In this document: piece by piece, positions 47,468 through 54,672 of the stretch
How positions within the stretch are numbered: the stretch's first letter is position 1
How the letters are laid out: the number at the start of each line of letters is the position of its first letter
NCBI GenBank assembly: GCA_031269355.1
Contig: JAISZG010000027.1
Coordinates: 566 to 64,565, forward strand
Length of the DNA: 64,000 nucleotides
Reading direction: 5' to 3'
Source: Oscillospiraceae bacterium
GTDB lineage: Bacteria > Bacillota > Clostridia > Christensenellales > Aristaeellaceae
The notes under the pieces: model-generated
The model's input: the letters and a program-made list of their open reading frames with translations, nothing else
What the model was told of the DNA's origin: nothing
The model's database searches: none
Translations under genes and position numbers: made by a program

Positions 47468-48037
47468 GTGTTTTATGACGCGATTATAGTGCTCGGTTTG
47501 CACATGCCGGGCGGCGTTCCGCCCGACGAGCTAACGGCGCGGGTGCGCGTCGCCGCGCAGTGCTGGATAGACGGACGCGCGCCGGCCGTGATACCGTGCG
47601 GCGGCCAGCGGGAAGACGAACCGTTCCCGGAAGCGCGGTGGATGGCGGAGCAGCTTTCGCGCATGGGGCTGCCCATAAGCGCAATCCATCCGGAAACGGA
47701 GTCTCTTAATACCGAGCAGAATCTGCGCGGCGCGCAGCGGATAATTATGGGTTGGGGCGGTACGTCCGCGCTGATCGTCACGAGCGAATCGCATATGCGG
47801 CGCGCGCTCGCGGTATGCAGGGACATCGGCCTGCAAGCCAGGGGCGTGCCAGTCCGAACGGCGGGCGGGCGCGTCGCCGCTAAGGCGCGCGTAACGGAGG
47901 CGCTCGGCTGGATAGAATACAAGCTCGGCATGCAGCGCGGCTCGGCATCGCATTGCTCCGGCGAGTCGGGCGCGGCGCCTCCGTCCGATAAGATGGGCTT
48001 TATTTCCCGCCTGATCAGGAAGGCGACGCGTTCATGA
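47468..48037 (+). CDS. YdcF/ElyC-like DUF218 protein
   Basis: FYDAIIVLG...IPCGG...TEQN pattern. GTG start 4 nt after the mnmG stop. ATGA overlap with tadA. Confidence 0.7.
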   Translation: MFYDAIIVLGLHMPGGVPPDELTARVRVAAQCWIDGRAPAVIPCGGQREDEPFPEARWMAEQLSRMGLPISAIHPETESLNTEQNLRGAQRIIMGWGGTSALIVTSESHMRRALAVCRDIGLQARGVPVRTAGGRVAAKARVTEALGWIEYKLGMQRGSASHCSGESGAAPPSDKMGFISRLIRKATRS

Positions 48038-48522
48038 CGGACGACGCGAAGCGCGCTGTCGATATTATATCGGCGAGGGAATCGTATATGCGCGCGGCTC
48101 TGGCCGAAGCCGACCGCGCGGCCGCGCTGGGCGAAATACCCGTCGGCGCGGTGGTGATACGCGGAGGATCGATTATCGCGCGCGCGCACAACCGCTGCCG
48201 GATAGATTGCGATCCGACGGCGCACGCTGAAATAATCGCGCTGCGAGAGGCCGCTCGCGCTCGTGGCGATTGGCGGCTGGCCGGCTGCGCGCTCTATGTA
48301 ACGCTCGAACCATGCCCGATGTGCGCCGGAGCGATCGCGCTGGCGCGTTTGGACGAGGTATGGTACGGCGCGCCGGACACACGGCAGGGCTGCTGCGGCA
48401 GCGTTTACAGGATAACGGAGGATCGCGCGCTGGGCGTGTTCGTTCCCGCGAACGGCGGATTGCTCGCCGACGAATGCGCGGCGCGGCTGAGCGCGTTTAT
48501 GAGCGCGGTTCGAAAAAAATAG
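48034..48522 (+). CDS. tadA: tRNA adenosine(34) deaminase
   Basis: HAEIIALREA and PCPMCAGA zinc motifs; 162 aa. Confidence 0.93.
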   Translation: MTDDAKRAVDIISARESYMRAALAEADRAAALGEIPVGAVVIRGGSIIARAHNRCRIDCDPTAHAEIIALREAARARGDWRLAGCALYVTLEPCPMCAGAIALARLDEVWYGAPDTRQGCCGSVYRITEDRALGVFVPANGGLLADECAARLSAFMSAVRKK

Positions 48523-48558
48523 CGATCCGCGGCGGTCGGAACGATCGAAAGGAATAAT

Positions 48559-51210
48559 ATGGATATTGACGATAGATCCCGCGAGAGATCCGAATTGTGC
48601 GTTTGCATCGACGGCAACAGTCTGATGTACCGCGCGTTTTTCGCGCTTCCCGAGCTGACGGACCGCCATGGGAATCCAGTAAACGCGGTGTTTGGATTTT
48701 TGATGATGCTGCTAAAGCTGGTGGCCGAGCGGCGGCCGGATTATCTCGTGGTGGCGTTCGACGTGCACGGACCTACGCGGCGGCATATTCAGTACGACGA
48801 GTATAAGGCGCACCGCCCGCCGACGCCAGAAACGCTGCGCCCGCAGTTCACGCTGATAAAGGAGCTGCTCGCCAAGATGGGCGTCGCCATACTGACGAGC
48901 GTTGGCTGGGAAGCGGACGATCTGCTTGGAACCGTCGGCGGCGCGTGCGAGGCCCGGGGGATAAACGCGCTGCTTGTGACCGGCGACAGGGACGCGTTTC
49001 AGCTGATCACACAGCGGACGCACGTGCTGTTTACGAAGCGCGGGGTGAGCGAAACGGTGGAGTACGATCCAGTTTCGCTAGCCGAGGAATACGGAGTATC
49101 GCCCGATCAGATACCGGATCTGAAAGGGCTGACGGGCGACAAATCCGACAATATACCCGGCGTGCCGGGCGTCGGCGACAAAACCGCCGTCAAACTTCTA
49201 AACGAATATAAAACGCTGCTCAACGCGCTGGCGCACGCGCACGAGCAAAAGGGCAAGCTCCGCGAGCGGCTGGAGACATACGCCGATCAGGCGCGGATGA
49301 GCTTGAGCCTGGCGACGATCGACCGCGACGCGCCGGTTGATATCGATTGGCCGAAACTGCGAATGCCTACACTCGCAAGCGCGAGACCGCTTTTCGAACG
49401 ACACGGCTTCACATCGCTTATCGCGAGGCTCGACGCTATAATATTAGACGGCGGTTCCCGCGCCGACGCCGCCGAATATGGCGAAGCGCCGCGCGAACTG
49501 TCGGCGGCGCGGCAGACTATCTACCTGTCGACGCCGGAGGAGCTGGAGGCGTTCGTCGCCGATCCACCCGACCCCCCTCTCGCGCTTGTGTTTGGCGCGG
49601 GTGCGGTGCGCGGTTCCGTTTCAGGAGCGACGGGGATAGAGCCTCCGCTTCAGGAAGAATTGACGTTCGCCGACGCGAGCCGCATATGGCGCGCGCCGCT
49701 CGCCGTCGATTTGATCGCGCAGGGAATACGCCCCGACATGGCGCAGGACGCGATACTGCCGCTCCTTCGCAATCCGGAAGGGTTAATATTGTACGACGCG
49801 AAGCCATATTTGTCGCTGATCCAGGCGCGGCCAGGTGCGCGGGCGGGCGGAGACGCGCGGATAGCCGCGTATCTGATCGACGCGCTGAGCAAGTCGAGCG
49901 GGCTGTCCGATCTGATGGGCGAGGGCGAGCGAGCGGACGCCGCCGCATTGTACGACCTAAACGAGCGGCAGCGCGCGTCGATCGCCGATATGGGCGCGAC
50001 GCGCCTATATGAGGAGATAGAGCTTCCGCTTACTGGCGTGCTTGCCGATATGGAGCGCGAGGGGTTCCTGATCGACCCCGACGAACTGCGCGATATCGGA
50101 GCGCGGCTGGACGAGCGGGAGGCGTCGCTGCGGGGCGATATATTCCGTCGGCTGAACGTAGCGCCGTTCAATCTGAACAGCCCGAAGCAGCTGGGAAAGG
50201 CGTTGTTTGAAGATCTTGGACTGCCGACCGGGCGCAAGACAAAATCCGGATATTCGACGGACGCGGATACGCTGGAATCGCTCGCCGACCGATACCCCGT
50301 AGTCGCGGGCATATTGGACTGGCGGCACGTGGTAAAGCTGAAAGGCACGTATATCGACGGATTATTATCGAAGCTGGACTCCAACAGCCGCGTGCACAGC
50401 ACGTTCTTTCAAACCGCTGCGGTTACGGGCCGCATTTCCTCAAACGAGCCGAACCTGCAAAATATCCCCACGCGCACCGCACAGGGACGGGAAATACGGC
50501 GCGCGTTTATCGCGCGTCCGGGATGGACGCTGGTAGACGCGGACTATTCGCAAATAGAGCTTCGAATACTCGCGCACCTCGCGGAGGATCCGTCGATGCT
50601 CGGCGCGTTCGAGCGGGGCGAGGATATTCACACGCGCATGGCGGCGGAGGTAAACGGCGTGGCGGTGGAACAGGTGACACCCGAGATGCGCTCAGCGGCG
50701 AAGGCGGTCAACTTTGGAATCGTATATGGTCAGAGCGATTACGGGCTGGCTAGAACGATCGGCGTGACGCGCGCGGAGGCCGGCGATATGATCGCCCGGT
50801 ATTTCGCCAGATATCCGAGCATTAAACGATATTTGGATGAATCGGTGGCGCAAGGCAAAGCAAACGGATACGCGCGCACACTTCTGGGCAGGCGCAGGCC
50901 GCTGCCGGAGCTGGCGTCCGCGAATCGCTCGATCCGCATGTTTGGCGAGCGCGCCGCTATGAACACGCCCGTGCAGGGTTCGGCGGCGGATATAATAAAG
51001 CTGGCGATGGTGCGCGTGGCGAAGGAGCTGACCGATATGTCGGCTCGGCTGATCCTTCAGGTGCACGACGAGCTGATAGTCGAGTGCCCGATTGAGGAAG
51101 CGGAAAAGGTCGCCGCGATATTGCGGGAGCAGATGCAAGGCGCGGCGGAGCTGCGCGTCCCGCTGCTGGTGGATATAGGCGTCGGCAGAACATGGTACGA
51201 TTGCAAGTAA
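48559..51210 (+). CDS. polA: DNA polymerase I
   Basis: 5'-nuclease domain (GDKSDNIPGVPGVGDKTA), polymerase motifs DYSQIELR and QVHDEL; 883 aa. Confidence 0.95.
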   Translation: MDIDDRSRERSELCVCIDGNSLMYRAFFALPELTDRHGNPVNAVFGFLMMLLKLVAERRPDYLVVAFDVHGPTRRHIQYDEYKAHRPPTPETLRPQFTLIKELLAKMGVAILTSVGWEADDLLGTVGGACEARGINALLVTGDRDAFQLITQRTHVLFTKRGVSETVEYDPVSLAEEYGVSPDQIPDLKGLTGDKSDNIPGVPGVGDKTAVKLLNEYKTLLNALAHAHEQKGKLRERLETYADQARMSLSLATIDRDAPVDIDWPKLRMPTLASARPLFERHGFTSLIARLDAIILDGGSRADAAEYGEAPRELSAARQTIYLSTPEELEAFVADPPDPPLALVFGAGAVRGSVSGATGIEPPLQEELTFADASRIWRAPLAVDLIAQGIRPDMAQDAILPLLRNPEGLILYDAKPYLSLIQARPGARAGGDARIAAYLIDALSKSSGLSDLMGEGERADAAALYDLNERQRASIADMGATRLYEEIELPLTGVLADMEREGFLIDPDELRDIGARLDEREASLRGDIFRRLNVAPFNLNSPKQLGKALFEDLGLPTGRKTKSGYSTDADTLESLADRYPVVAGILDWRHVVKLKGTYIDGLLSKLDSNSRVHSTFFQTAAVTGRISSNEPNLQNIPTRTAQGREIRRAFIARPGWTLVDADYSQIELRILAHLAEDPSMLGAFERGEDIHTRMAAEVNGVAVEQVTPEMRSAAKAVNFGIVYGQSDYGLARTIGVTRAEAGDMIARYFARYPSIKRYLDESVAQGKANGYARTLLGRRRPLPELASANRSIRMFGERAAMNTPVQGSAADIIKLAMVRVAKELTDMSARLILQVHDELIVECPIEEAEKVAAILREQMQGAAELRVPLLVDIGVGRTWYDCK

Positions 51211-51218
51211 GGCGAACT

Positions 51219-52391
51219 CTAGTCCGCGCCGACCGTAACGCTCGCCGCGCCGCGCTTGGCCATGCGTATATGAACGTCAACCGCCGTGTCCGTCTCTCCG
51301 ACCTCGATCGCCGCGTCGATGCCGGTGCGGCGCATTTGATCCGTCAGATCGCGCATCGCGTTGACGTACGGCCTATGATCCCGCACTACGCCCGTAACCC
51401 TGCGGCGGGTGGCGGGAGCTTCGCGCAGTATCGATTCGACGAGCGATTCCGCATCCCGAAGCGTCAGCTGGTTCTCGAAAATTTTTCGAGCGACGGATTG
51501 CTGTTTGGATTCCTCCGTAAGCTTCAGCAGCACGCGCGCGTACCGCTCCGATATGTCAAGCTCGCGGATAAGCTTGCGCGTCGGCTCGGGTATGCGCAGC
51601 AAGCGCAGCTTGGCGGATAGCGCGTTCGCGCTGATGCCTATCAGTCCGCTCATTTCCTGAACCGATAGCCCGCTCTTTCTTAGTATCGCGTCGAGTGTTT
51701 CAGCTTCCTCGATATAGTGCGAAGGTTCGCGCTGAAGGTTTTCCACAATGCCCAGCAGATCGCTGTCGATTTCACCGGCGGGCAGCACTATCGCGTCTAT
51801 ATGGGTCATGCCCAGCTTTTCGCACGCGCGAAGCCGACGCGCGCCCGCGATTAGCTCGAACCTTCCCGAAACGGTCAGCCGCACCGTGATAGGCTGCAAT
51901 AGGCCAAGCTCGCGAATGGACGCCGCCAGCTCGTCTAGCCTGCGCTCGTCTATAGCGCCGCGCAGCTTGCCGGTCGCCTCTCCGATAAGGCGAATCGGAA
52001 GCCAGCGCACCTGGCGCCGCGCCGCGCTTTCCGCCTCCGGCGGTTCCGAGAACGCTCTTTGCGGTTTGTCTGCGGCGATCTCCCGCTCATGTGCCGCCAA
52101 GGAGCGGCCGGCCTGCTCGCTCGCGCGAAAATGTCGAAGCGCCGTCACGAATCGCATCCCTCGCTGTTCGTTTTTTATTAGTTCCCGCATCGGCTTATAT
52201 GTCGGATCGTACATCGGCTCGTATATCGCCGTATAGAACGCGTTTCGATATCCGGGCGGGAACTCCTTCAAACGGGCGCTGAGAATCGTTCGCCTCGGTT
52301 CGCCTTGATTTGATGCGATTTTCCGCGCGGGCGCGAAGAAGCGCGCAGCGAATCGGTTTTCATCGAACCTAATCGGGCGAATCTGCGGCAT
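51219..52391 (-). CDS. ParB/Spo0J/Noc-family protein with an unusual about 130-aa N-terminal extension (start uncertain)
   Basis: ParB N-domain LLQPITV...ELIAGARRLRA plus an HTH region. No adjacent parA. No good SD at 52391. Confidence 0.75.
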   Translation of the reverse strand: MPQIRPIRFDENRFAARFFAPARKIASNQGEPRRTILSARLKEFPPGYRNAFYTAIYEPMYDPTYKPMRELIKNEQRGMRFVTALRHFRASEQAGRSLAAHEREIAADKPQRAFSEPPEAESAARRQVRWLPIRLIGEATGKLRGAIDERRLDELAASIRELGLLQPITVRLTVSGRFELIAGARRLRACEKLGMTHIDAIVLPAGEIDSDLLGIVENLQREPSHYIEEAETLDAILRKSGLSVQEMSGLIGISANALSAKLRLLRIPEPTRKLIRELDISERYARVLLKLTEESKQQSVARKIFENQLTLRDAESLVESILREAPATRRRVTGVVRDHRPYVNAMRDLTDQMRRTGIDAAIEVGETDTAVDVHIRMAKRGAASVTVGAD

Positions 52392-52445
52392 ATATCGAAT
52401 TTTCGTAATGTTCTGGAAAGTCTTATTAAAAGGAGGATATGAAAT

Positions 52446-52556
52446 ATGGCGAAAAAAAAGCGCGCGTCCGGCGCTACGCTGGCTGCGCGGGGAATCGCGG
52501 GCGCGATCGCGCTGTTTATGGTGCTGGCTCTGATCGCGACGTTTGTGATTCGTTAA
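52446..52556 (+). CDS. Candidate 36-aa single-pass membrane peptide
   Basis: AGGAGG (52431-52436) lies 9 nt before the ATG. Sequence MAKKKRASGATLAARGIAGAIALFMVLALIATFVIR. It is below the ORF-track size cutoff and overlaps the 3' end of the phosphatase gene convergently by 41 nt. Confidence 0.4.
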   Translation: MAKKKRASGATLAARGIAGAIALFMVLALIATFVIR

Positions 52557-53073
52557 CGGCGGAATCGATCGGCGGAAGCGAACGGATCATCCTGCGCAGT
52601 CCCGCGTCGATAAGCTTGCGCAGCTGCGCCCCGCACGCGCTGTATTCAGCCGCGCCGCCGCAATATGGATCGCATACGTCGCCGTCCTGATCGGCGGCCC
52701 AGGCGCTGATAGTCATTACGCGCGCGCGCGGCGCTATTCTGCGCGCGACGGCGGCCTGCGCGCGGGTCATAGTAAGCACAAGCGCGCCCTCCGCCTGCTC
52801 GGCGGCAAACCTGCGCGTCTTGTGATCGTCCAGCGATAACCCCGCCACGCGAACCGCTCCGCACGCGCCGTCGGACGCCGGAGCGCCTATCGGCGCGGAA
52901 ATTCCTGCGGACGATATCCGCCATCGCGCCAGGCAGCTCGGGCAGTTGCGCTTTAGCCAGTCGCGCGCGAACGCTTCCGCCATAGGGCTGCGGCAGGTAT
53001 TGCCCGTGCATACGAACACAATCGAATACAGCGGCGGCAGCTCGTTTGCGGGGACGCGCCTAAACTGAGTCAT
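52516..53073 (-). CDS. Low-molecular-weight protein-tyrosine phosphatase / ArsC-like phosphatase
   Basis: P-loop VCTGNTCRSPMAE and DPY general-acid motif. ATGA overlap with the upstream GuaA-like gene. Confidence 0.85.
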   Translation of the reverse strand: MTQFRRVPANELPPLYSIVFVCTGNTCRSPMAEAFARDWLKRNCPSCLARWRISSAGISAPIGAPASDGACGAVRVAGLSLDDHKTRRFAAEQAEGALVLTMTRAQAAVARRIAPRARVMTISAWAADQDGDVCDPYCGGAAEYSACGAQLRKLIDAGLRRMIRSLPPIDSAVNESQTSRSEPAP

Positions 53074-54476
53074 TCGGCGGTCAATTCGTAGTATACGTGC
53101 TTAACGCCGGGAAGATCGGCTCCGACGCGCTCGACTACGCGCCCCAGCAAATCAAACGGAAGCCGCGCAGCGGTCGCTTTCTCGCCCCCTGAAAGCGCGC
53201 GCAGCACAAGCGTCGTATCCCGCGAATCCGTCAGCATCGCGTAATATTGGCGAAGCCGCCGCTCCTGCCCGGCCGCCTCTATTTCTTCCTGAAATATCAC
53301 GTCCGCAGCGCGCAATATATTAAGGCGCCCGGCGTCCACCTCGCCAAGTATGCGCCCGGCCAGACCCGTCGCAGGGAATGATTGCATTTGTATAATTGAT
53401 TGAGGCAGCCCCAGCAGCTCGCCGACCGCGCGCACCTCATCCTTGAACAATTCTATAAGCGGTTCGACCACCGCCCTAAACGGAGCATACTCCCTATCTA
53501 TATCGGAGCTTCCATCGCCGTCCAGCACCTCGGAATAATTTGTTCCAAGAACCAGCGTGGCGCTCTCGGCTTCGCAGCCGACGCTTCTGGTCAGCGCCTC
53601 CCAGAACGCGCCGTTTACGGCCTGCTCCTTGCCGCACGGATCGCTTATGCATTTTAGGCGATCAAGAAACAGCTCGCGCGCGTCTTCGCGAGTTAAATCG
53701 GAGTTTAACTGCTGCCTGCAAAACGATTCGATCCGCCTGTCCTCGCCCTGGCGCATCAGCCCTGTATCGATAAAAACAGGCCGCATTCGGCTGCCGACCG
53801 CGCGTTTGCACAGCATCGCGCATACGGACGAATCGACGCCGCCGCTCAGCGCGCATATCAGCAGGCCGTTTCCCGCCAGGCGCGCGAGCTCCGACGTCGC
53901 GCGTTCGACGAACGCTTCCGTGGACCACCACTTCGTGCACCCGCATATCTGCACGCAGAAATTCGCGAGCATCTCTACGCCGTCCGGATCGTTGCGCTCA
54001 AACGAGAACTGCAGCCCGTACAGAGAACGGTTCTTGTCGCAGAACCCAACGTCTACGCCGTTCGCCTTCGCTATCGACATCAGATTCGGGGAAAGCGTAA
54101 GCCGCTCCGCGCGGGAGAACCAGCGCTCGCCCGAGGATATGCCCTCGAACAACAGCTGCGCGTCGTACTCCACTGGCGCGGTGGTGTCCGTTAATATCGA
54201 GCCGTCGGATTGCGCGCCGAGCATGTCGGCAAGCTGCAGCGCGGCGGCGCCGACCGCGAGCATCGGCGTATCCAAGTTCAGTATGCCCTCGTCCAACGGC
54301 CTGAGGTCGCTTTCCTGACCCGCCCACACAATCCCGCTGGCATCCTGCGCCGCAACCTCCGAGGCCGCAGAATCGCCCGGAAGTATCTTGCAGTAGATAT
54401 GCTGGGAGCGGAGCTTCCTCGCAATGGATATGCTCCCATATGTATCCATATCCAGCACAAGTATTTTATCAAGCAT
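53070..54476 (-). CDS. GuaA-like PP-loop ATP pyrophosphatase with a degenerate glutamine-amidotransferase domain
   Basis: PP-loop ALSGGVDSSV and VEPLIELFKDEVR are conserved. The GATase Cys site reads AVGAAAL and the FHPE site reads FSFE. The C-terminal VGVMGD and PPATIEWE segments are absent. Confidence 0.8.
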   Translation of the reverse strand: MLDKILVLDMDTYGSISIARKLRSQHIYCKILPGDSAASEVAAQDASGIVWAGQESDLRPLDEGILNLDTPMLAVGAAALQLADMLGAQSDGSILTDTTAPVEYDAQLLFEGISSGERWFSRAERLTLSPNLMSIAKANGVDVGFCDKNRSLYGLQFSFERNDPDGVEMLANFCVQICGCTKWWSTEAFVERATSELARLAGNGLLICALSGGVDSSVCAMLCKRAVGSRMRPVFIDTGLMRQGEDRRIESFCRQQLNSDLTREDARELFLDRLKCISDPCGKEQAVNGAFWEALTRSVGCEAESATLVLGTNYSEVLDGDGSSDIDREYAPFRAVVEPLIELFKDEVRAVGELLGLPQSIIQMQSFPATGLAGRILGEVDAGRLNILRAADVIFQEEIEAAGQERRLRQYYAMLTDSRDTTLVLRALSGGEKATAARLPFDLLGRVVERVGADLPGVKHVYYELTAE

Positions 54477-54497
54477 ACTGAACGGCTCCTCCCTTTA

Positions 54498-54558
54498 GCG
54501 CGGGGTTTCACACCCCGCCGCCCCGCGAATTAAATGGGGCTGCGCCACATACCCGCCG
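54498..54558 (-). repeat. Copy B of the recurrent GC-rich element in the 5' leader of the GuaA-like gene
   Basis: Minus-sense GGCGGGTATGTGGCGCAGCCCCATTTAATTCGCGGGGCGGCGGGGTGTGAAACCCCGC, then AAAGGGAGGAG and ATG. Confidence 0.6.
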
Positions 54559-54672
54559 ACGTAACGAACGGCGTTTGCGGCGCACGGACTAAAATTTATA
54601 TGCGAGCGCCTTTTATTATAAGACAGGCGATGACGAGCACGCCAACCTGCGGCGTCTTCCGCAGCCGCTTGC

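Noticed and set aside
47473-48669. 398-aa minus-strand ORF spanning the DUF218 gene, tadA and the polA start
   Set aside because: It crosses three well-supported plus-strand genes and is Arg/Ala-rich with no recognisable domain. It is a GC-composition artefact. The same applies to 3794-4678 (+), 23289-23963 (+), 42815-43678 (-), 46282-47079 (-), 49650-50402 (-) and 55777-56628 (+).
41131-52391. Replication origin, suggested by the mnmE, mnmG and ParB-like genes
   Set aside because: I saw no dnaA, dnaN, rsmG or soj and no cluster of TTATCCACA-like DnaA boxes in the AT-rich gaps I inspected (24807-25035, 44347-44828, 45321-45570). The gene order is non-canonical.
52439-52690. 83-aa ORF starting 2 nt after the AGGAGG
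   Set aside because: The SD spacing is too short and the product is Arg/Gly-rich and runs antisense through the phosphatase gene. The 36-aa frame starting at 52446 is favoured.
54477-54620. Assignment of the GuaA-like leader to a known purine-related riboswitch (guanine/adenine, ZTP, PRPP/ykkC, 2'-dG)
   Set aside because: Comparing by eye, from memory, I found none of the conserved cores (for example UAUAAU...CCGUAAAU junction, ACUGGC...CCGCCUGGGC, GGGA...ACGR). The same element also precedes unrelated genes, so no known class is claimed.
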